From Abditibacterium sp. (GTDB taxonomy: Bacteria > Armatimonadota > Abditibacteriia > Abditibacteriales > Abditibacteriaceae), in contig CBDASK010000003.1 in assembly GCA_965199495.1 (NCBI GenBank), positions 4,608,001 through 4,672,000 on the forward strand: a DNA stretch of 64,000 bases, written 5' to 3'. Positions 37,550 to 46,517 of this stretch are shown piece after piece. Both the position numbers and the translations under genes were made by a program. The notes beneath the pieces are model-generated. The model was not told the origin of the DNA. It saw nothing but the letters and a program-made list of their open reading frames with translations, and did no database searches. Position 1 is the stretch's first letter. Each line of letters opens with the position of its first letter.

Positions 37550-38386
37550 ATGAAACGTTCTTCTCGCTCTGCGCTGCTGGCTGTTGCCCTTATCGGCGCG
37601 TTTGGATTGGGCACTTTGGCGCACTCCGATTCCAACGACGACAACACCAACTTCGCGCAATTTCGCGACGCGCTCGATGAAATTAGCGACGGCCATTTGG
37701 TTCAGGCGCAACGTTTACTCGAACAAACCGCCGCGCGCGTGCCGCTTGCCGAAGCCAACGCCAATTTGCTGGCCTACTTGCAACAGCGCGACGGCCAAAA
37801 CGAAGAGGCAATGCGCACGCTCAAACGCGTCGAAAATCCCTCGCCGATGTCGCGCCTTTGGATTCAAAGCGCGGGCGGCGACAACGCGTTTCCAGTTTTA
37901 GCTCCGGCGCCCTTGAATGCTCCGGCCAAAACCAATCGCGCGCGTCTGGCCAACAACGATGCACGCATCGCGAAGTTGGAGCAACTCATTTTTCGCTTGG
38001 TTAATCAAGAACGCGTTGCCAAAGGTTTGAATGAATTGAAATGGAGCGACGACTTGGCCGACGTGGCTCGTGCGCACGCCGCCGAAATGCGTGACAAAAA
38101 ATATTTCGCCCACGAAAGCCCAACGCGCGGCTTGGAAAATCCGCTCGACCGTTACGTCGAAGGCACGGGCCGCACGCCGCGTTTGATCGCCGAAAATATC
38201 TATCGCGCGTGGGGCAGCCATTCGTTTCTCAACGAGCAAGGTTTGCGCGCCGCCCACCAAGCATTGATGGATTCGCCGGGCCATCGCGAAAATATTTTGC
38301 TGGGTAGCGCCAATTCGGGCGGCGTCGGTCTGGTCGCCGATTCGACCGGCGATATTTGGCTGGACGAAATGTTTTCCAAACCGTAA
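37550..38386 (+). CDS. Secreted CAP/SCP domain protein with TPR-like N-terminus
   Basis: LVNQER, ARAHAAEM, YFAHES, AENI, LMDSPGHRENIL. Confidence 0.88.
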   Translation: MKRSSRSALLAVALIGAFGLGTLAHSDSNDDNTNFAQFRDALDEISDGHLVQAQRLLEQTAARVPLAEANANLLAYLQQRDGQNEEAMRTLKRVENPSPMSRLWIQSAGGDNAFPVLAPAPLNAPAKTNRARLANNDARIAKLEQLIFRLVNQERVAKGLNELKWSDDLADVARAHAAEMRDKKYFAHESPTRGLENPLDRYVEGTGRTPRLIAENIYRAWGSHSFLNEQGLRAAHQALMDSPGHRENILLGSANSGGVGLVADSTGDIWLDEMFSKP

Positions 38387-38391
38387 GTTTT

Positions 38392-39567
38392 ATGAATCCC
38401 CAATTTCATCGCCGCAATTTCTTTAAACAAAGTGCTTTGGCGGGCGCCGCTTTGACGATGGCGCCCGTTTTATCGCGCGTCGCGAACGCGCAAACCACCC
38501 CCAGAGCTGGCGGAAGAAGAGACACGCATCCACAATGGAAAAACGGCGATTGGCGTCAGCCGTCGCGCGCGCTACGCGGCGTCAATCTGGGCGCGTGGCA
38601 GGTGTTGGAGAAGTGGATGACGCCCTCGCTTTTCGCGGGCGTCGAGGCGAGCGATGAATGGGGATTTTCGCAGTCGCCGGGCGCGCGCGCGAAGTTGGAA
38701 AATCATCGCCAAACGTGGATTACCGAACGCGATTTCGAGTGGCTCAAATCTCACGGTTTGGACGCGGTACGTCTGCCGATTGGTTATTGGACGTTGGAAG
38801 AGAACGCGCCTTATATCGCGGGCGCGAAATATGTTGACGCCGCGATGCGTTGGGCGCGCAATCACGATTTGCAGGTTTTAATTGATTTGCACGGCGCGCC
38901 CGGTAGCCAAAATGGCATGGATCATTCGGGCCGTAGCGGCGAATTAGGTTGGACACAGCCCGAAAATATCGCGGCGACAGTTCGTTCATTGGAAGCTATC
39001 GCCCAGCGTTACGGCAATCATCCCAATTTGTGGGGCATCGAATGTCTCAACGAACCGCGCTGGGACGTGCCGCTCGACACGCTCAAGGCTTTTTATCTGG
39101 CGGCCTATCCGGTCGTGCGCCAGTATTTGCCCGTCGAAAAAGCGTTTGTGATGCACGATGGATTCCGGCCTTTCAACTTGGGCGGTTTCATGGAAGGCCC
39201 GGAGTTTGAGAACGTGGTTTTGGACACGCATATTTATCAGGCTTACACCGACGATGACCGCAAACGTTCGCCCGCCGATCACGTTATCAAGGCTTACGAC
39301 CGCGCGCGCGAATTGAAAGAAATCGGCGCACAAAAATGGGCGATTGTCGGCGAGTGGAGCGACGCCATCGCGTGGGACGCGGTGAAAGATTTGTCGCCAC
39401 TCCAGCGCGAACTCGTCACGCGTGGCTATGGCGCCGCGCAACTGAGTAGTTACGAAACTTCGCACGGCTGGTTTTATTGGAGTTTGAAAACCGAAAATCC
39501 CGGCGAATGGAATTTCATGGACATGGTCGAGCGCGGATTGATGCCGGAGAATTTCGGCGTTGTGTAA
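38392..39567 (+). CDS. Tat-exported GH5 glycoside hydrolase (exo-1,3-beta-glucanase-like)
   Basis: RRNFFK Tat motif, RGVNLGAW, VRLPIGYW, DLHGAPGSQNG, NEP, VGEWS. Confidence 0.92.
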   Translation: MNPQFHRRNFFKQSALAGAALTMAPVLSRVANAQTTPRAGGRRDTHPQWKNGDWRQPSRALRGVNLGAWQVLEKWMTPSLFAGVEASDEWGFSQSPGARAKLENHRQTWITERDFEWLKSHGLDAVRLPIGYWTLEENAPYIAGAKYVDAAMRWARNHDLQVLIDLHGAPGSQNGMDHSGRSGELGWTQPENIAATVRSLEAIAQRYGNHPNLWGIECLNEPRWDVPLDTLKAFYLAAYPVVRQYLPVEKAFVMHDGFRPFNLGGFMEGPEFENVVLDTHIYQAYTDDDRKRSPADHVIKAYDRARELKEIGAQKWAIVGEWSDAIAWDAVKDLSPLQRELVTRGYGAAQLSSYETSHGWFYWSLKTENPGEWNFMDMVERGLMPENFGVV

Positions 39568-39583
39568 GCGGCAGAACGAATAA

Positions 39584-39768
39584 CGCATTTGCGTTTCGGC
39601 ACCTTTGTCATTTCGAGCGCGGCCGAGAAATCTTTCGGCCCCGCGCCAGCGGAAATAATAACCGATACAAGAGCCGAAACATGAAAGTTTCTCGAACCTG
39701 CGCTGCCGCGCGGGCGAAAGATTTCTCGGCTGCGCTCGAAATGACAAAGGTGCCGAAACGCAAATGCG
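39584..39768. repeat. Long palindromic element, TGTCATT family copy 3
   Basis: Arms CGCATTTGCGTTTCGGCACCTTTGTCATTTCGAGCGCGGCCGAGAAATCTTTCG and a near-perfect reverse complement. Confidence 0.9.
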
Positions 39769-39942
39769 CGATTTCGGCGTTGTGTAGAAACGGCAAACGT
39801 AAACGCAGCAATTGCAATCGCGCGCTTGCGGCCCGTGATAATTCGCATTAAACCGTTTGAACGCCAGCGTATTTCCGCGCGTCTGGCCAAAAATCGAAAG
39901 AACGACATTTTATTGTCGTTCTTTTTGTTTGGTATTTTCGCT

Positions 39943-41415
39943 ATGTCCAACACAGCCACGTCGCCCGCCACCGAAATTGAAAATGTGCCCGAATCTCGTT
40001 TAACGCCCGCGCAAGTGCGCGTTTCGATGAACCGCGTCATCCTCGGTTGGGGTTTTGGCGCGATTTTCTTTCAACTCTCGGCGGGCGCGATTTACGCGGC
40101 GTTCGCGCGCCAACTGGGCGCAACCGAAGCGCAGTTCGGTTTTTTGGCGGGCATCTATCCGTTGATGGGATTTTTGCAAATCCCCGCAGCGCGCCTGTTG
40201 CAGGGCCGCGTCACCACGCGCACGATGATGCTCACGATGGGAATTTTCTGTCGCGTGCTGTGGGTTGTGGCCGCCTCGCTGCCGTGGCTGCATCGTCTGC
40301 TGCCAAACTTTATTACGCATCAAATGCTGTTGCCGACGTTCATGTTTTGCGTAATTTTATCGAGCGTTGGACAAGCGTTCACCGGCCCGTCGTTTTTCGT
40401 GTGGATGAGCGGTTTAGTTCCGGGCCGCGTCGGCCCCACGTTTTGGGCACGGCGCTATCAAATCGGCACGCTCGCGGGCATCGGCGCGGTTTTGCTGGGC
40501 GGCTGGCTGGGCGATAGCGCCGGTTGGGTCAAAGAAATGACTGGCGGCAATATTCCACCCTTGATGTTTTACAGCCTGATTTTAATGGCGGCGGCGGTTT
40601 GTGGCGTGGTTGATGTCGCGGTCTTTTTCGGCGTCAGCGAGGTGCCCGACGAAGAAACCAAAACCGGCGAAGCGTTGCCATCGCTGTGGGCGACCATCGT
40701 CGAACCATTGCGCGAACCGGCAGTGCGTTCGTATTTGCTTTTCGTGACGGTGGCGATGATCGGCTTCGCCACGACAGGGCCGTTGTTGTGGCTGTTTTGC
40801 CTCGAAACTTTGGAATTTTCCAAAACTCTGACCGGATTTATCCTCACGGTTTGTCCGCTTTTGGGCATGGCTGTTTCCTCGAAATGGTGGGGCCAAATCG
40901 CCAAAACCTACGGCACGCGCCCAATGCAGCGCTTCTCCTCGATTGGTCTGGTTCTGATTCCCATCGCGTGGACATTTGCCCTGCCGACATCGGTTTACTC
41001 GCTGGCGTTCGTCTTGTTTATTTCGGGCGTTCTGGTGGCGAGTTACGAGATTTCCAATCTCAACTTCATCACGCGCGCCGTGCCGCACCTGCCGCGCCCG
41101 ATGCTGACGGCGCTATTTTCGATTTGCACCGGGACGACGTTCGCCTTAACCGCGTGGGGCACGGGCACTTTGGCGGGCGCGACCAAAGCGATTTCGCTCG
41201 ACGTGGCTGGCATTCACTTCGTCAATTATCAACTGATTTTCGCGGTCTCGGTGATTCCGCGTTTCATTAACGCGTTCGTGCTGGCGCCGCGTCTGCAAGA
41301 GCCATCGTCGCTGGCGATGCGCGAAACCGTGAATCAGGCGGGCGGCACGCTGGCGGGCGCGTTCGGCTCACGCTTCGGGCGGTTTTGGCAAGCGCGTCAG
41401 GGTAACTTCGGATAA
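39943..41415 (+). CDS. MFS transporter
   Basis: About 12 TM segments; WGQIAKTYGTRP is a degenerate motif A. Confidence 0.8.
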   Translation: MSNTATSPATEIENVPESRLTPAQVRVSMNRVILGWGFGAIFFQLSAGAIYAAFARQLGATEAQFGFLAGIYPLMGFLQIPAARLLQGRVTTRTMMLTMGIFCRVLWVVAASLPWLHRLLPNFITHQMLLPTFMFCVILSSVGQAFTGPSFFVWMSGLVPGRVGPTFWARRYQIGTLAGIGAVLLGGWLGDSAGWVKEMTGGNIPPLMFYSLILMAAAVCGVVDVAVFFGVSEVPDEETKTGEALPSLWATIVEPLREPAVRSYLLFVTVAMIGFATTGPLLWLFCLETLEFSKTLTGFILTVCPLLGMAVSSKWWGQIAKTYGTRPMQRFSSIGLVLIPIAWTFALPTSVYSLAFVLFISGVLVASYEISNLNFITRAVPHLPRPMLTALFSICTGTTFALTAWGTGTLAGATKAISLDVAGIHFVNYQLIFAVSVIPRFINAFVLAPRLQEPSSLAMRETVNQAGGTLAGAFGSRFGRFWQARQGNFG

Positions 41416-41455
41416 TTGTAGGAGCGACGCAATTTACTTTTTCTTTGGTCGCGCT

Positions 41456-41588
41456 TGTCATTCTGAGCGCAGTGAGGCACGAACGAAGTCGAAGAATCCA
41501 TGACTTAACGCCACCGACGAAAGTAAAATTACTATAAGACCTGTGGATTCTTCGACTTCGTTCGTGCCTCACTGCGCTCAGAATGACA
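41456..41588. repeat. Long palindromic element, TGTCATT family copy 4 (TGTCATTCTGAGCG variant)
   Basis: Perfect 45-bp arms between convergent genes; GTAGGAGCGAC REP-like remnant immediately to the left. Confidence 0.9.
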
Positions 41589-41625
41589 CTGTTAGACCAA
41601 GGAGAAGCAACTTGACTGAGGCTCT

Positions 41626-43368
41626 TTACCGCCGCAACTTTCCGCGAATTTTGCCCATCACTTGCCCGGCATATTTCATTTCCTCGACTTTAACCAGACT
41701 CGCGAAAACCGCGAACACGCCCAGCGCGCCCAGACCAGCCACGGTGACGCCCAACAACATTTTTATTTTGCCGTGCCCACCCGATGCTGGCAACAAAGCG
41801 CCCGTCAGAAAGCGCGCGAGCAACGCGGCGATGAGTGCGCCGACGATAATTTTCGCCAGAAATATCAAGTTTTCGCGGCCCTTGACTTCGCCCAAATGCG
41901 GGCGTAGCCAAATCCACATGATCACGCATTTAATGGATTTGGAAAGCGCCTCGGCTCCGGCAATCGCGGCCAAGCCCCAGCCCAAACCTTCGACGCCCCA
42001 CTTCGCCAAAATCACCCACAAAACTGACGAAACCAAACCGATAAGGGTCGGCGCCCACGCGCGCGTCATCGCGTAAAAGGTTTGGGTCAGCATCATTTCG
42101 CAGGCGAAACCGACTAAGCCAAGCGAGAATATCACGAACGGCGGCGTAATCAAAACCGTGTCGGCCTGCGACATGCGCCCACCTTCCCAGACCGCGCGCA
42201 TCAACGGTTCGCGGAGCGCGATCAAAATCGCCGTGATGGGCACAAAGGCAAAGAAACAGACGCGAAGCGCGCTCATTAAAGTGTCGGTGAGCGGTTGGCG
42301 GTCTTTTTCGCGCGCCAAATTCGCCAGAAACGGGAAGATACCGATGGAAAGCGCGTAAGGGAAAATCTGGATTAAATTGTCGGGAATCACGCGCGAAAAC
42401 TTGAGCGCCAGACGACTGGCCGCGATTTTAATCGAGGGATCGTCGGCCAGATGCAAGAGATAAAATCCACGAACTTCGGAAACCACGATGCCCAGAATAA
42501 GGGGCACGGCAAGCGCAAACATCGTTTTGACGAGCGGATCGTTGAAATTGACTTTGGGCCGCAAAAAGCGCCATTTGGGGCCGATGGCGAAAAGGTGCGG
42601 CACCAATTTGCCAACCGCGCCCACCAAAAACCCGCCGACGATGAGCCACACCGACTTCATCGAAAGCGCGAACAACTGTGCCTGTTGAACCGCGTCAGGC
42701 GCATCAATTTTGGCGAGAACTGTTACCTGCTTGCCATAAAGAAAATAGGCCGCGAAGGCGCCTGCGAACACGCAAAATTTCCACACGGCATCGCCCAGCG
42801 CCGCGTAAACGAAACGTTTGTAGCCGTTGAGAATGGTATACGTCAGCGACGAAAAGCCCAGAAAGAACAGCCCAAACATCAAAATGCGCGCGATTTGAAT
42901 CGTCAACGCGATTTGCTGGGCGCCCGCCTTTTGCGACAGCGAATGCACTAACTGCGGCATAAACGTCCAGCCCAACGCGCTGGCGACGAGCAACAGCGCC
43001 GACACCAGCCAGACCGCCGTCGAACAAAATTGCCACGCGCGCTCTTCGCCCTCTTCTTTGAGCGCCGCGATGAAGTTGGGCAAAAACGCTGGGTTGATGA
43101 CCTTCTCGAAGACCAACCAAAACCGCATCAAAATCTCGGTCGAGACTTGATAGACATCGCCCAGCCAACTCAGCCCGACGCTGTGCGCGATGAGCGGATT
43201 GGCGACGAAGCCGATGACAAAGCGCACGAAATGCAGCGCGCCAATGCCCGCCGTGGCTGAGGCGACCGTCGCACCTTTTTGAGTCGGTTGATTGAACGCC
43301 GGTTCTTCGTCGAGAAGCGGTTCGGTCGAGGGCGAGAGATTGGAATCGGGATTGGGAACGTAAGCCAC
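41626..43368 (-). CDS. murJ: Lipid II flippase MurJ/MviN family
   Basis: AFLPNF, ILNGYKRF, IFPFLA, TFYAM; 14-TM MOP-type topology. Confidence 0.8.
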   Translation of the reverse strand: MAYVPNPDSNLSPSTEPLLDEEPAFNQPTQKGATVASATAGIGALHFVRFVIGFVANPLIAHSVGLSWLGDVYQVSTEILMRFWLVFEKVINPAFLPNFIAALKEEGEERAWQFCSTAVWLVSALLLVASALGWTFMPQLVHSLSQKAGAQQIALTIQIARILMFGLFFLGFSSLTYTILNGYKRFVYAALGDAVWKFCVFAGAFAAYFLYGKQVTVLAKIDAPDAVQQAQLFALSMKSVWLIVGGFLVGAVGKLVPHLFAIGPKWRFLRPKVNFNDPLVKTMFALAVPLILGIVVSEVRGFYLLHLADDPSIKIAASRLALKFSRVIPDNLIQIFPYALSIGIFPFLANLAREKDRQPLTDTLMSALRVCFFAFVPITAILIALREPLMRAVWEGGRMSQADTVLITPPFVIFSLGLVGFACEMMLTQTFYAMTRAWAPTLIGLVSSVLWVILAKWGVEGLGWGLAAIAGAEALSKSIKCVIMWIWLRPHLGEVKGRENLIFLAKIIVGALIAALLARFLTGALLPASGGHGKIKMLLGVTVAGLGALGVFAVFASLVKVEEMKYAGQVMGKIRGKLRR

Positions 43369-43502
43369 GCGGTTTTGCCTTTGAATAAGAGAGTATGCGC
43401 TGCTTGCGTAGCAAACGGCACCGCAATTGGAAGCGCGCGAGCGGTTAGAAGTTGCGCACGTTTGCAGTTGACGAATTCTGCCATTTAATCTATATTAATA
43501 AT

Positions 43503-44705
43503 ATGAGATTTCCAATTCGCCATTTTATGCCGTTGCTTGGTTGCGCATTTATCGGATTTAGCGCGGTAGGTTGTCGCAAGAACACAAACGAAATTGCGCG
43601 CGTTCAATCTACACCGCTTCCAAAAGCTACAGCCACTCCGATGTCAGATGAACATAAAACTACAGACCCTGATTGGAAAACGCAATATCCTGAAGCTGCT
43701 AACATGGACTGGCTGAACGAAGGTGTGTGGTTGAAGGGAGCAAGACCGTCTTATCATCCTCTCTCTTTTTCTCCCGATGGGCGCTGGATTGTAGGAGGGA
43801 CATCAAAAGCATTCTTATGGGATGCTCGCACGGGAGAAAATAAGGGCGCAATGGGGAAAGACTTTTACGATAAGCAGTTTATGAATTTCGAGGACGTTAG
43901 TTTCATATCAAACCGAGAAATCGCATTAATTCAAGAGCATGGAGTAACGGTTTTCGATCTAAAACTTTGGCCCGTCGCCTTGCCACCAAAACGTCCCTTC
44001 TACCTCTCTATTGGAAGTTGTGGCCCTACATCAAAGCAGGGAATATGGACTTACTCTTATGACATCTACGATCCGAATCTTGTCAAAAATCCATCAAAAG
44101 TAGAAGAACGCCTCCGATTTTGGGACTACAAAAATGCGAAATTTACTCGTATTTTGCCAGACTCTTTGCTTGCACCGGTATTTTCTCGAGATTATGGAAT
44201 CAATGCATCAGTCATCATCAAAGAGAACAAGAGTTGGCTGGCAGTGGAAAGGCGATGCTATGGGATCTTCGTTCTAAACCGGAATTATAAAAAGGTGTGG
44301 CAGGAAAGTGTAAGTTGCCCGCCTTTAGTTCCCATCATTACGAATAAAAAATTACCGATTCTTGCCGATTTTCAATTAGGCGCTAAGAACATCCTTTATC
44401 TGCTCGACTACAAGAGGGGATTGAGACAAGTCAATCTAAAAACCGGAAAGGAATACAAAGCGTGGCCTTTGCCCAATTCTGCGACCTCTTTCGCTGTAAG
44501 TAAAAATGGTAAATTGTGGGCATTCGGTAACGAAGGTGGGCGCTTGATGATAGTTGAGGCGACTACTCGTAAAATTATAAGAAACAGAGTCCTGCCATTT
44601 TCGACGGAAGACATCAATTTTTCGCCCGACGAAAAATCAATCGCGGTCGGCGGCTTGGTTATTTTGCCGGTTACTAATTTTGCGACGCCCACTCAATCAA
44701 AATAA
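43503..44705 (+). CDS. Low-GC WD40/beta-propeller lipoprotein
   Basis: Lipobox AVGC; FSPDGRW, LWDART, FSPDEKSIAV; visibly AT-richer codon usage. Confidence 0.78.
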   Translation: MRFPIRHFMPLLGCAFIGFSAVGCRKNTNEIARVQSTPLPKATATPMSDEHKTTDPDWKTQYPEAANMDWLNEGVWLKGARPSYHPLSFSPDGRWIVGGTSKAFLWDARTGENKGAMGKDFYDKQFMNFEDVSFISNREIALIQEHGVTVFDLKLWPVALPPKRPFYLSIGSCGPTSKQGIWTYSYDIYDPNLVKNPSKVEERLRFWDYKNAKFTRILPDSLLAPVFSRDYGINASVIIKENKSWLAVERRCYGIFVLNRNYKKVWQESVSCPPLVPIITNKKLPILADFQLGAKNILYLLDYKRGLRQVNLKTGKEYKAWPLPNSATSFAVSKNGKLWAFGNEGGRLMIVEATTRKIIRNRVLPFSTEDINFSPDEKSIAVGGLVILPVTNFATPTQSK

Positions 44706-44824
44706 GCCGTTTGCTTTTAGTTTGGACAACTTTAACGCTGGCGCCGTGGCTGCATAATACAGCCACGGCGCATAATAGAAAAAAGACGATAGCGAATTTG
44801 CTATCGTCGTTTTCGTTTTCGTTT

Positions 44825-45103
44825 TTATGTCAGGCGCAAAGCCGTCATTTCGCTTTTGTCGCTTTCGCCGCGAGTGCCCGCATTTCCCGCTCGCTGCGCT
44901 ATGCTGCACTGAACCGAGTGAACACACTCGCGCGTTTTTTGCCAGCCGAAGATGGCCCAGCTATACGGCCAGATGTCCCACGGGTTTTCGTTGTCTTCCA
45001 AGTCGGCGAAGCGCTCTTGCATGTCCTTCAGTTCGGCGTTGAGTTCGCGCATTTGGTCGCGCAAACTTTCCATTTCTGGGGTGGTGTGTTTGGTGTTATT
45101 CAT
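44825..45103 (-). CDS. Small coiled-coil hypothetical protein
   Basis: MNNTKHTTPEMESLRDQMRELNAEL...; hairpin near 44781-44813 downstream. Confidence 0.45.
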   Translation of the reverse strand: MNNTKHTTPEMESLRDQMRELNAELKDMQERFADLEDNENPWDIWPYSWAIFGWQKTRECVHSVQCSIAQRAGNAGTRGESDKSEMTALRLT

Positions 45104-45222
45104 GTTGATGTTCTCGCAAGTCGCGCCTCTTGTCGCTCTGGCGCACGTTACGGCTGTCAAAACTTTCAATTGGCGGGGCGATGTTCTCCGGGGAACAACT
45201 CGCCCTGCCCTATTTTTAGCGT

Positions 45223-45855
45223 TTAAAATACGCCGGAATAGCAATAGAGTCTGCCGCCTTCGGGCACGATGGCGGCTTTGCGGCGCACCAAACGCAGTTG
45301 GTGCAAGCGGGCGATGCGGTTGTTGCACGCCGTCACCGAATCGAGTTGTAGCGCCTCGACGACATCGCGCACGGTGGCTTGCCCTTGGTTCATCACGGCG
45401 CCCAGAGTCTCGACTAAATGTTCGGGCAGTTTGCCGATGACGCGCCATTTCACGGTGGATTGACCGCCCTGTTTGAGTTGCTCCTCGCGCGCTAAGGTGA
45501 GTTCGAGTTGCGGCAACTCCGATAACGGAACCGTGATCGCCGCCGCGTCGCGCTGCGATAGCGCCACTTCGACGTTTTCCAATAAAGCGATGGAAACCGG
45601 GTCGTCTTTCACGATGAGCACCAGATAGCGGTCGGGATACTCTTTGCCGCTCATGCGCGAAAAAATCGTGCCCAGAGCTTCGTCGGCAAACGAGTAATCC
45701 ATCATCTCGACGCCATCGAAATCAATCGCCAACACGCCGCCGGGCGGCAACGCCCGCAACGCCTCGTCAATGGATTCCTGAACCTCGCGACCCTTGGGAC
45801 GCATCGCCAGAAACGGCCCAAATTCGCCCAGTGATTTTTTGTGCATCTTTGCCAT
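45223..45855 (-). CDS. STAS-like (DUF4325-type) domain plus winged-helix protein
   Basis: IDFDGVEMMDYSFADEA STAS-like motif; C-terminal TVRDVVEAL...NRIARLHQLRLVRR...GGRLYCY wHTH; GAGGA SD. Confidence 0.75.
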   Translation of the reverse strand: MAKMHKKSLGEFGPFLAMRPKGREVQESIDEALRALPPGGVLAIDFDGVEMMDYSFADEALGTIFSRMSGKEYPDRYLVLIVKDDPVSIALLENVEVALSQRDAAAITVPLSELPQLELTLAREEQLKQGGQSTVKWRVIGKLPEHLVETLGAVMNQGQATVRDVVEALQLDSVTACNNRIARLHQLRLVRRKAAIVPEGGRLYCYSGVF

Positions 45856-45946
45856 CGTTTTAATTCCTCGCTCTCTACTATAGAGCCATTTCAACGCGCT
45901 CGCGCTCCCACTTATTTCACTCTCGTCAATGAAACGACCTCTATTC

Positions 45947-45975
45947 ATTATAGAGCGAATGAGAAACGGCGTCAA
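45947..45975 (-). promoter_or_regulatory. Near-consensus sigma70 promoter
   Basis: Minus strand TTGACG-17 nt-TATAAT. Confidence 0.8.
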
Positions 45976-46044
45976 GAGAAATTTTAGGGTTATGGCTAAA
46001 ATTTTCGGTCGGGCGGCACCGCGTTTGCTTTTCGAGATTTTTCT

Positions 46045-46449
46045 ATGGCCCGACTCGAAGGTAAAACCCCCAACGTAGGCGCGATTGTAATCAGCGCGAT
46101 AATCTTCGCACTGGTCGCCGGTGGCTTGTTCTTCGCCTTCCGTCCAGTGCCCGAACCGACCGATGCGGGCATCACCAATTCGGTCGCGCCGGACGCGGAG
46201 CAAAATAGCGCGTCCTCTTCCGATTCGGCCAACGCGACCAACAGCGAGAACACCTTATCCACCATTTTGACTCCGCTTCCAACGGCCACCGAAATGCCAA
46301 CCTCCGATTCTAATTCGACAGTTAATTCGGTAGCAAATGCCACAGCCAACACAGCAGCCACAGCCAACTCAGCGCCAGCGTCTAACGCCATGCCAGAGAC
46401 GACCAATGCCACGCCGACAGGTTTGGTGACTCCGCCCAACCCGCGTTAA
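46045..46449 (+). CDS. Membrane-anchored Ser/Thr/Asn/Ala-rich low-complexity protein
   Basis: One TM segment followed by a disordered tail. Confidence 0.65.
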   Translation: MARLEGKTPNVGAIVISAIIFALVAGGLFFAFRPVPEPTDAGITNSVAPDAEQNSASSSDSANATNSENTLSTILTPLPTATEMPTSDSNSTVNSVANATANTAATANSAPASNAMPETTNATPTGLVTPPNPR

Positions 46450-46517
46450 GTCGGTGAGCAAATTGCAATAGACAAAACCACCGTTTTTCGATTCGGTTCT
46501 CATTTCAGGATAATCCC

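Noticed and set aside
9438..41588. Palindromes as a CRISPR array or integron attC sites
   Set aside because: They are dispersed rather than regularly spaced, lack the RYYYAAC...GTTRRRY arrangement, and no cas or integrase gene is present
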